From the NCBI GenBank assembly GCA_020725385.1, contig DYFC01000018.1:1-45823 (forward strand): DNA of 45,823 bases, written 5' to 3'. Position numbers and translations under genes: made by a program. The stretch's first letter is position 1, and each line of letters opens with the position of its first letter. This DNA is from Nitrospira japonica (lineage in GTDB: Bacteria; Nitrospirota; Thermodesulfovibrionia; Thermodesulfovibrionales; SM23-35). The notes beneath the pieces were generated by a model. That model saw only the letters and a list, made by a program, of their open reading frames with translations, searched no databases and was not told the DNA's origin. Shown one piece after another: positions 1 to 7,881 of the stretch.

Positions 1-1
1 A

Positions 2-1015
2 AAGGTTGGTTCAATAATGGGCTCTGGCGGAATGGTTGTAATGGATGAAGACAATTGCATGGTTGATGTAGCAAAATTCTTTCTTTCATTCACGCAGGCA
101 GAATCATGCGGAAAATGTCCTCCATGCAGAATAGGAACATACCAGATGCTTCAATTGCTTGAAAAAATTACATCTGGAAAAGGAGAAGCAGGAGATATTG
201 AGAGACTTGAAAAGTTAAGCTGGATGGTGAAAAGAGGTTCATTATGCGGACTCGGACAGAGTGCACCAAATCCTGTTCTAACTACAATTAGATATTTCAG
301 GGAAGAATATGAAGAGCATGTATATGATAAATATTGTCGCGCAAAAGTCTGCAATATAGGACTCTTTTTCATAGATCATAAAGAGTGTATATTGTGCGGT
401 CTTTGTAAACAAGTATGCGCTTTTGACGCTGTTAAAGAGACGAGAAGAAAATTTTTTATAGATCGTGAATATTGCACAAAATGCAAAGCATGTTATTCGG
501 TTTGCCCTGTAAATGCTGTAAAAATTACAAAAGCTGGATATGCAAGGCTCGAAGAAGAATTTAGAATACCAATTGAAGAAATAGATAATATAGAAAGGAG
601 GCGCAAGATGACCCTTAAAGATATTCTGGATTCAAGACCATATGAAATTATTAAAATTAATCGTTATTGCAGCATTGCTGATGCTATTAATCTAATGAGC
701 GAAAAAAATGTAAGCGGTATTTTTGTAGTTGATGAGAATGATAAACTCGTTAGTATTTTCACAGAAAGAGATATTGTAAGATGTGTTTATAATGGAACTC
801 CAACTGATGAATTGCTTGAAAATCTAATAATGAGAGATATTACCACATTTGACCCGACAACCAAAGTAAGTTCAGCTATTGCTGTTGCTACAAGAAAGAA
901 AATAAGGCATCTGCCTGTTGTAGAAGGTGATAAGATTATAGGAATGATTACTTACAGAGACTTGGTTTCTTATCTTTTGCCAGAGGTCTGTTATATGGCA
1001 GAAACTATGTACTAA
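2..1015 (+). CDS. NuoF/HydB-family NADH-binding flavoprotein subunit, C-terminal part (N3 cluster, Cys3His site, 2x[4Fe-4S]) fused to a tandem CBS pair; 5'-truncated by the window edge
   Basis: Frame is open from base 2 ([22 protein letters not shown]). Motifs: [12 protein letters not shown]...[12 protein letters not shown]; [12 protein letters not shown]; [11 protein letters not shown] and [12 protein letters not shown]; CBS motifs SIFTERD and HLPVV..GMITYRD. Confidence 0.9.
   Translation, partial: KVGSIMGSGGMVVMDEDNCMVDVAKFFLSFTQAESCGKCPPCRIGTYQMLQLLEKITSGKGEAGDIERLEKLSWMVKRGSLCGLGQSAPNPVLTTIRYFREEYEEHVYDKYCRAKVCNIGLFFIDHKECILCGLCKQVCAFDAVKETRRKFFIDREYCTKCKACYSVCPVNAVKITKAGYARLEEEFRIPIEEIDNIERRRKMTLKDILDSRPYEIIKINRYCSIADAINLMSEKNVSGIFVVDENDKLVSIFTERDIVRCVYNGTPTDELLENLIMRDITTFDPTTKVSSAIAVATRKKIRHLPVVEGDKIIGMITYRDLVSYLLPEVCYMAETMY
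595..610 (+). promoter_or_regulatory. Internal Shine-Dalgarno AAGGAGG with in-frame ATG (608) at the start of the CBS module
   Basis: gaaAGGAGGcgcaagATG: SD at 595-601, 6-nt spacer, ATG at 608 in frame with the ORF. Confidence 0.5.
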
Positions 1016-1053
1016 GAAAGTAATGAGCAAAACAAATAATCTGGAGATAATTT

Positions 1054-1662
1054 ATGGATGAAGTTAAACGAATAGATGATAAAGAGAAGAAACTCGAGGA
1101 TATAAAAAAAGAATCAGAGAATAAAAAATGCCCTGTTCAGAGAATGCTTTACTATATGGAACAGTTTATTTCAGGTCCCATGTGTAGCAGATGTTTTCCA
1201 TGCAGTCTTGGTACCGCTGAAGCAAGAATTAGATTACAGAAGATTTCTGAACATGCAGAAACTGATTTAAAGGATATTGAGGTCTTAAAAAGAATTGGGT
1301 ATATGATGATAGAAGGCTCTTTTTGTAAGAAAGGAAAAGATACAGGGAAATTTATTATAGATTTGATTAATTCAACAGAAGAAGAATTTAAAAACCATAT
1401 CACCGGAATTTGTTCTTCAACTGAATGTACAGCACTTGTTGAATATGTAATTGACCCTGAATTATGCACAATGTGCGGTGAGTGCCTTAATGTTTGTAAG
1501 GAAAACGCTATCTTGGGTGAGAAGAAAAAACCTTTTCATACTGGTTATCTCCCTTTTGAAATAAGAAAAAAGAGATGTACCAGGTGCGGTGAATGTATAA
1601 AAATATGCCCGACAGGCGCTATTAAGATAAATATTTTACAGCATGAATTTGTGGAAAAGTAA
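1054..1662 (+). CDS. Stand-alone NuoF/HydB C-terminal-like Fe-S protein (N3-like cluster plus 2x[4Fe-4S]); no FMN/NADH domain
   Basis: CSRCFPCSLGT...SFCKKG; HITGICSSTEC; CTMCGECLNVC; CTRCGECIKICP; GGAG SD upstream. Confidence 0.85.
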   Translation: MDEVKRIDDKEKKLEDIKKESENKKCPVQRMLYYMEQFISGPMCSRCFPCSLGTAEARIRLQKISEHAETDLKDIEVLKRIGYMMIEGSFCKKGKDTGKFIIDLINSTEEEFKNHITGICSSTECTALVEYVIDPELCTMCGECLNVCKENAILGEKKKPFHTGYLPFEIRKKRCTRCGECIKICPTGAIKINILQHEFVEK

Positions 1663-1694
1663 AAATATCTATTTAAAAATACAGGAGGTTTTAA

Positions 1695-3722
1695 ATGGAA
1701 GAAGTCGTAAAAATTAATATAGATGGCAAGGAAGTTGAGGTTCCGGCCGGGATTAATCTTATAGATGCTGCTGAGAGTGCTGGAATTCATATTCCAAATC
1801 TTTGTTATATGAAAGGCATGAAAGGTGTCGGAGCTTGTAGATTGTGTCTTGTTGAAGTAGAAGGATTAAAGGCTCCTGTTATTGCCTGTAACACAAAAGT
1901 AAGGGATAATATGGTTGTCAAAACAAAGACCGAAAGAGTTCAGGAAGTCAGAAAATTTGTTGTTGATTTACTTCTTTCAATGCATCCGCTTGACTGTATG
2001 ACCTGTACAAAATCTGGTATTTGCAATCTTCAAAAATATGCTTATGAATTCGAATTGAAAGAGTCCTCTTTTACACGTAAAAAATTTGGTTATCCTGTTG
2101 ATGCAGCAAATCCATTTATAAAGCGTGACCCGGATTACTGCATTCTTTGTGGTAGATGCGTAAGAGTATGCAAAGAACAGGGAACAAGTGTGCTGGATTT
2201 CATGGGAAGGGGAATTGAATCAAAAGTTGTGACAGCGAATGATAAGCCTTTGCAGGAATCCGAATGTACTTTTTGCGGAAGTTGTGTTGATGCATGTCCT
2301 GTGAATGCTCTGCTTGAGGCGGACAGATGGAGAAAAGGAAGAGAATGGGAATATGAAAAATATGACTCTGTTTGTATGCTATGTGGCTGTGCATGTGATA
2401 CAAAAGTTAGCGTAAGACAGGGAGAGATACAAAAAATAAACTCAGGAGTAGAAGATGGTTCTGTGGAAAAATATCTCTGTGCATATGGGAGATTCGGTTT
2501 TGACAGTCTTAGATCAGAATCAAGATTGCCGGTTCCATTAAAAAGAGTTAATGGCGAACTAAAAGAAACAACATGGGAAGATGTGCTGAAAATAGTTTCA
2601 AGAAAGCTGAAAGAAGCAGGAAAAAATACCTGTATTATTAGTTCGGCATCAATTATGAATGAAGATGCTATTACTCTTAAAGGATTTGCAAAAGAAGTAG
2701 TAAAAACTAAAAATATTGATACAACAATAAGTTTATATGCAACTACAGATGTTTTAAAGAATTCGAGCAAAGCAAGTATTAATAACTCTGATTTGATTAT
2801 CATGATAGGTCTTAATCTATCACAATGGGACAGGGTTCTCCCTGCTATCGATGCAGGAGTAAGAAAAAGGGTAAATAGAGGAGCAAAACTCATTGTCATA
2901 AACGAGGCAGAGACAAGATTAAGTTCTGTGGCATCAATTAACCTTAAAGGAAATGAGATTGAGATTATTAAGGCTATAATTTTTGCCCTTAAACAAAAAG
3001 GAGCAAAAATCAATAAACAAACAGAAGAATATCTTTCAAACGTTCAAGGAATTACAGAGGAAATTACAAAATCTGCTGAAATGATTTTAAACGCCAAATC
3101 TTCTTTAATACTTGTGTCTCCTGTACTTTTCAATGCTGCATCAAATATTGCCTTAATTAAAGGAAATATAGTTGCAGCTCACCCAGAATCTAATGCTCGT
3201 GGAATAGCATTAGTAGGAATTGAAACAGAAGGTAAAACATATGCAGATATGACAAAAGGCGCTACTGAATTGCTTTATATAGTAGGAAATGTACCTTTAC
3301 AAAATAGACCGGATACAGATTTTCTTATAGTTCAAAGTTCATATATGACCGATCTTGTGAAAAATGCAGATATAGTTCTTCCAGCCGCAGAATATCTTGA
3401 GACTTCAGGCACAATGATTGACTATACAGGAAGAATCAAACATTTAAACAAGGCAATCGATTCTTACGGAGAATCAAAGAGCCATAGGGAAATATTCAGA
3501 GAAATCTCAAAGAGTATGGGTACTATATTAAAGATGCCTGTTGAATCAGAGATTAAAAAAGCAGCTAATATAAAAACTAAAATTTCTGTTATGCCTTTTG
3601 AAAAAACACAAAATGTATATTTTGAACCAGAAAAATTTATTGAAATTATAAATCTCACTGTTATAAATAACTCAAGACTTTTATGGCTTGAAGAAGCTTT
3701 TGAAGTTGGAGCTGAGAAATAG
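1695..3722 (+). CDS. NuoG/FdhA-like Fe-S subunit with degenerate, shortened molybdopterin-oxidoreductase domain
   Basis: [2Fe-2S] NLC..GACRLC..AC; HPLDCMTCTKSGIC; CILCGRCVRVC and CTFCGSCVDACP; CMLCGCAC...YLC; ADIVLPAAEYLETSGT; SD AGGAGG. Confidence 0.88.
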   Translation: MEEVVKINIDGKEVEVPAGINLIDAAESAGIHIPNLCYMKGMKGVGACRLCLVEVEGLKAPVIACNTKVRDNMVVKTKTERVQEVRKFVVDLLLSMHPLDCMTCTKSGICNLQKYAYEFELKESSFTRKKFGYPVDAANPFIKRDPDYCILCGRCVRVCKEQGTSVLDFMGRGIESKVVTANDKPLQESECTFCGSCVDACPVNALLEADRWRKGREWEYEKYDSVCMLCGCACDTKVSVRQGEIQKINSGVEDGSVEKYLCAYGRFGFDSLRSESRLPVPLKRVNGELKETTWEDVLKIVSRKLKEAGKNTCIISSASIMNEDAITLKGFAKEVVKTKNIDTTISLYATTDVLKNSSKASINNSDLIIMIGLNLSQWDRVLPAIDAGVRKRVNRGAKLIVINEAETRLSSVASINLKGNEIEIIKAIIFALKQKGAKINKQTEEYLSNVQGITEEITKSAEMILNAKSSLILVSPVLFNAASNIALIKGNIVAAHPESNARGIALVGIETEGKTYADMTKGATELLYIVGNVPLQNRPDTDFLIVQSSYMTDLVKNADIVLPAAEYLETSGTMIDYTGRIKHLNKAIDSYGESKSHREIFREISKSMGTILKMPVESEIKKAANIKTKISVMPFEKTQNVYFEPEKFIEIINLTVINNSRLLWLEEAFEVGAEK

Positions 3723-3763
3723 GAGTCAGCAAGATTTAGCTTCGATATCTTAAAATATATTTT

Positions 3764-4516
3764 ATGGAAGATATAATTAATATTAAGATACCTGTTTTTG
3801 AAGGTCCTTTTGATCTGCTTTTACATTTAATAAAAGAAGATAAGATAGATATTTATGATATACCTATTTCCCAGATAACAAGCCGTTATCTGGAATATAT
3901 AGAATTAATGAAAGAACTTAATCTTGAGATTGCTGGCGAGTTTCTTGTAATGGCAGCTACTTTAATTCATATAAAATCAAGGATGCTTCTTCCCCCTGAT
4001 GAAGAAATCCCTCAGGAAGAGAAAGAAGACCCGCGCACAGAACTTGTTCAAAAACTTATTGAATACCAGAAATATAAAGAAGCTGCAATTGAATTGAAGA
4101 CAAGAGAAGAAGAATGGAACAGGGTATTTAGAAAAGAACCCTTAACAGATGATGAACAGGAAAATGGCGAGTTATATCTGTTTGATGTTGGCCTATTTGA
4201 TTTGATTGATGCATTTAAAAAAATACTTGAAAAAGCACCTCCTGAAACTATTACCATAACAAAAGAGACATTAACTGTTAAAGACAGGATGTCTTATATT
4301 ATGGAAATAATGGAAGGAAAAGAAACAGTAAGATTTGAAGAATTATTCGAGAAGGTTTTTACAAAAATTCAGCTTGTTATAACTTTTGTTGCTATTCTTG
4401 AACTTATAAGACTTGGACTGCTGAGAGCCTATCAGGAAAGACAATTCAGCACTATATGGGTTATTAATCCTTCCCGACAAAATGCATCTTTAGAAATATC
4501 TACAACAAATGTATAA
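3764..4516 (+). CDS. scpA: Segregation and condensation protein A (kleisin)
   Basis: FEGPFDLLLHLI..IDIYDIPIS; EFLVMAATLIHIKSRMLLP; ITFVAILEL. Confidence 0.95.
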   Translation: MEDIINIKIPVFEGPFDLLLHLIKEDKIDIYDIPISQITSRYLEYIELMKELNLEIAGEFLVMAATLIHIKSRMLLPPDEEIPQEEKEDPRTELVQKLIEYQKYKEAAIELKTREEEWNRVFRKEPLTDDEQENGELYLFDVGLFDLIDAFKKILEKAPPETITITKETLTVKDRMSYIMEIMEGKETVRFEELFEKVFTKIQLVITFVAILELIRLGLLRAYQERQFSTIWVINPSRQNASLEISTTNV

Positions 4517-4563
4517 CTTTAAAAATGCATTATTCAGGTTAATACTCTATGATATTATAAATT

Positions 4564-5826
4564 ATGAGAAGAGTTGTTGTAACAGGAATTGGAGCGGTTT
4601 CTCCTTTAGGAAACACTTTTATTGATACATGGGAATCAGCATTAAAAGGTATCTCAGGAATTGGAGAAATATCAAAATTTGACTCAATAGGTCTAAAGTG
4701 GAAGGCTGCTGGAGAGCTTAAGGATTTCAATCCAAATAAATATCTATCACTCAAAGAAATAAACCGTCTTGACCCTTTTATTCATTATGCAATTGCTTCT
4801 TCTTACATGGCTGCTGAAGATGCTGGCTTATTAAAATTCTTTAAAAAAAATGATGAAGCACTTATAGAATATTTATATCCTGAGATAATAAAAAATGGAG
4901 CAGTCGTTATAGGTTCAAGCCGTGGTGGTATAACGTATATTGAAAGGGAAATCAGGAAATTATGTCGAAATAAAAAATATTCTGTTTCACCATATGTTAT
5001 GCCTTCTACAACTATCAGTATGGCTTCTTCATACGTTTCACAAAAACTCGGAATAAAAGGTTATTGTATTGGAATATCCAATGCCTGTGCTTCAGGCACA
5101 AATGCTATTGGCGAAGCTTATAGATTAATCAAAGCAGGGTATGAATATCCTGTTATCTGTGGCGGAGCAGAAGCGCCTCTATGCAGAATTTGTTATGAAG
5201 GTTATGGCAATGCCGGTGCTTTATCAAAATCAGAATACAATGAAGCAAGCAGACCTTTTGACAAAAAAAGGGATGGTTTTGTTCTATCAGAAGGTGCATG
5301 TATTCTTGTACTTGAAGAGTATAAAGATGCGATAAAAAGAGGTTGTAAAATCTATGGAGAGATCGCTGGATATGGAAATAGATCGGATGCATATCATCAG
5401 ACCAAGCCTCTATTTACAGGCGAAGCAGAGACAATAAGATCAGCATTGAATGATGCAAATATTCGACCTAATGAAATAGATTTTATAAATACACATGGCA
5501 CTTCTACACCTTTGGGAGATTTATCTGAAACAAAAGCTATAAGGTTAGTATTCGGAGATATTGCATCAATTATACCTGCCACTTCTTTAAAGTCAATGAC
5601 CGGACATATGCTTGCTGCTTCAGGTGCTTTGGAGATAGCAATGACTTTAATGAGCATAAAACATAGTATTGTTACTCCAACAATAAATTTAAAAGAAAAA
5701 GATCCTGAGTGTGATTTGAATATTGTTACAGAAACAAAAAAAATTAACATTAAAAATGCCATATCAAATTCTTTTGGTTTTGGTGGAGTAAATGCAGTTC
5801 TTGTGATTAGAAAGATCGATTTTTGA
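4564..5826 (+). CDS. fabF: 3-oxoacyl-ACP synthase II family (KAS II)
   Basis: RRVVVTGIGAVSPLG; catalytic SNACASG, THGTST, GHM; SNSFGFGGVN. Confidence 0.9.
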   Translation: MRRVVVTGIGAVSPLGNTFIDTWESALKGISGIGEISKFDSIGLKWKAAGELKDFNPNKYLSLKEINRLDPFIHYAIASSYMAAEDAGLLKFFKKNDEALIEYLYPEIIKNGAVVIGSSRGGITYIEREIRKLCRNKKYSVSPYVMPSTTISMASSYVSQKLGIKGYCIGISNACASGTNAIGEAYRLIKAGYEYPVICGGAEAPLCRICYEGYGNAGALSKSEYNEASRPFDKKRDGFVLSEGACILVLEEYKDAIKRGCKIYGEIAGYGNRSDAYHQTKPLFTGEAETIRSALNDANIRPNEIDFINTHGTSTPLGDLSETKAIRLVFGDIASIIPATSLKSMTGHMLAASGALEIAMTLMSIKHSIVTPTINLKEKDPECDLNIVTETKKINIKNAISNSFGFGGVNAVLVIRKIDF

Positions 5827-6784
5827 AATACAAGATTGCTTCATCATAAGGGGTTTCTTTTAGTTTCATATATCGAGGTGAAAAATGAATTGGAATAAGT
5901 TCTTTGATGCATGCATCACGGGCTATCCTGCCTGTTATATCGGATGTTAAATGAAAACGCTCTATAGCCTGTTCTTTGTCTTTTTTCATAAAATAAGCTT
6001 CACAGTAAAGAACATCTGACTCACGGACAAAATCAATTATTTTTAATATATTTTCTTCTTCAGGTGCAACATCAGTTATATAAGATATTTTTTGGCCTCT
6101 GGTAATTGAAGCAATATCAATTAAGTCTTCAAGTTTGTATTTATTACCATTTATATTAAATTCTGTATTCAAACCTTTATTTAATCTGATCGCTTCCTTA
6201 AGCTCAGAAAGCCATGGACCAACTGGAAGTCCCCGTTCAGTTAAAAGAGCTTTATTAATATTTATATGAAAATTTTCTTCAAGTATAAAACCCAAACAAG
6301 GAATTTGATGATTTAACTGAATGGCTTTTACTTTAAATAAAGGTTCATCGATCAATAAACCATTGAATTTTGAAATCCCGATTTGTTTTTTCTGAAAAGT
6401 GTTCTCAGCATCAAAAAGATAACTGTAAATAACATTATCTTTAACTTCATGAACATATATTTTTATCGGGTATTCTTTAATATGATTCCATGTATAACCT
6501 TTCAGTTTTCCTTCAATACAATCTATAATGTTTGAAGGTCCATAAATTTTTAAAGGTGTATTTCGTTTTAATATTGCTCTTAATAGATAGTCAAAGCCTA
6601 TAAAATGGTCAATATGTGTGTGGGTAACAAAAACATCTGTTATTTTCAATAGTTCTCCTTGCGACAAATTAGATATATCACCTATATCAAATAATAATGC
6701 TCTTTTTTCACGCATTATTCTTATATAAACACAAGGGTCATCAAAAGGATCATTTACTGGTTTGTGAATAAAAGAAGGTTTCAT
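5807..6784 (-). CDS. Ribonuclease Z-like metallo-beta-lactamase-fold hydrolase
   Basis: THTHIDH (HxHxDH); GLPVGPWL exosite-like segment; ISYITD, CEAYF, FHLT, IHFSPRY. Confidence 0.8.
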   Translation of the reverse strand: MKPSFIHKPVNDPFDDPCVYIRIMREKRALLFDIGDISNLSQGELLKITDVFVTHTHIDHFIGFDYLLRAILKRNTPLKIYGPSNIIDCIEGKLKGYTWNHIKEYPIKIYVHEVKDNVIYSYLFDAENTFQKKQIGISKFNGLLIDEPLFKVKAIQLNHQIPCLGFILEENFHININKALLTERGLPVGPWLSELKEAIRLNKGLNTEFNINGNKYKLEDLIDIASITRGQKISYITDVAPEEENILKIIDFVRESDVLYCEAYFMKKDKEQAIERFHLTSDITGRIARDACIKELIPIHFSPRYMKLKETPYDEAILYFKNRSF

Positions 6785-6885
6785 GAGTGATTATATACTA
6801 TTATGATATAATATTAGCAACCTTAACGTATATTATTATAAAATTTATATGATTGTTTTATTTCTCTAATAAAATTGGAGGTGAC

Positions 6886-7881
6886 ATGTCTGAACTCAGA
6901 AAAGACCCTATCTCTGGTCGTTGGGTTATAATCTCAGTTGAACGCGGTAAAAGACCAACAGATTTTGTTTCTCCTTCTCAGAAAAAGAGAGGGGGGTTCT
7001 GTCCTTTTTGTCCAGGAAATGAATATACAACACCATCTGAAATAATAGCATTCAGACCGACAGGAACAGCACCAAATACCCAGGGCTGGACATTAAGGGT
7101 AATGCCAAATAAATTCCCTGCTTTGCAAATTTATGGTGATTTATTGAAAACAGGCGAAGGAATTTTTGATAAAATGAGCGGAATCGGTGCACATGAGGTA
7201 ATTGTTGAAACTCCCGAACATATGCAATCAATGGCAACAATGCCTCTTAAAAATGTTGAAGATGCATTATGGGCATATTATATGAGGCTTACGGATTTGA
7301 AAAAGGATAGAAGATTTAAGTATGTTATGATTTTCAAGAATGAAGGAGATGCTGCTGGCGCATCTCTCGAACATTCACACACCCAGCTTATTGCTCTACC
7401 AATTATTCCAAAACTTGTTCAGGAAGAAACAGATTCAGCAAAAAGATATTATGAACTTAAAGAGAGATGTATTTTCTGTGATATTATAAGTCAGGAACTT
7501 GATGCAAAAAAAAGGATTGTATATGAAAATTCACGCTATGTTGCTATAGCTCCATTTGCACCAAGATCACCTTTTGAAACATGGATACTTCCTAAAAGCC
7601 ATGAATCTAATTTTTATCCCCCTGACAAAAACTTCGGACAACTTGCTGAAATACTACAGACAGTTCTCAAACAAATGGATAAAATACTTGATATACCTCC
7701 GTATAATTTTGTATTACATACTTCTTCTTTTGTAGATGAAGTAAATGATTATTATCACTGGCATATTGAGATTGTCCCAAAACTAACTAAGATAGCAGGA
7801 TTTGAATGGGGTTCAGGATTTTATATTAATCCTACGCCACCTGAAGAATCAGCAAAATTTATGCGAGAGGCAAAAATATGA
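6886..7881 (+). CDS. galT: GalT-family nucleotidyltransferase (galactose-1-phosphate uridylyltransferase / ADP-glucose phosphorylase-like)
   Basis: MSELRKDPISGRWVII; CPFCPGNE; PNKFPAL; GASLEHSHTQ (HxHxQ); start placed at ATG 6886 after GGAGGTG. Confidence 0.9.
   Translation: MSELRKDPISGRWVIISVERGKRPTDFVSPSQKKRGGFCPFCPGNEYTTPSEIIAFRPTGTAPNTQGWTLRVMPNKFPALQIYGDLLKTGEGIFDKMSGIGAHEVIVETPEHMQSMATMPLKNVEDALWAYYMRLTDLKKDRRFKYVMIFKNEGDAAGASLEHSHTQLIALPIIPKLVQEETDSAKRYYELKERCIFCDIISQELDAKKRIVYENSRYVAIAPFAPRSPFETWILPKSHESNFYPPDKNFGQLAEILQTVLKQMDKILDIPPYNFVLHTSSFVDEVNDYYHWHIEIVPKLTKIAGFEWGSGFYINPTPPEESAKFMREAKI

Noticed and set aside
2135-3013. 292-aa minus-strand ORF
   Set aside because: Antisense shadow of the NuoG-like gene; Ser/Phe/Leu-rich, no motifs.
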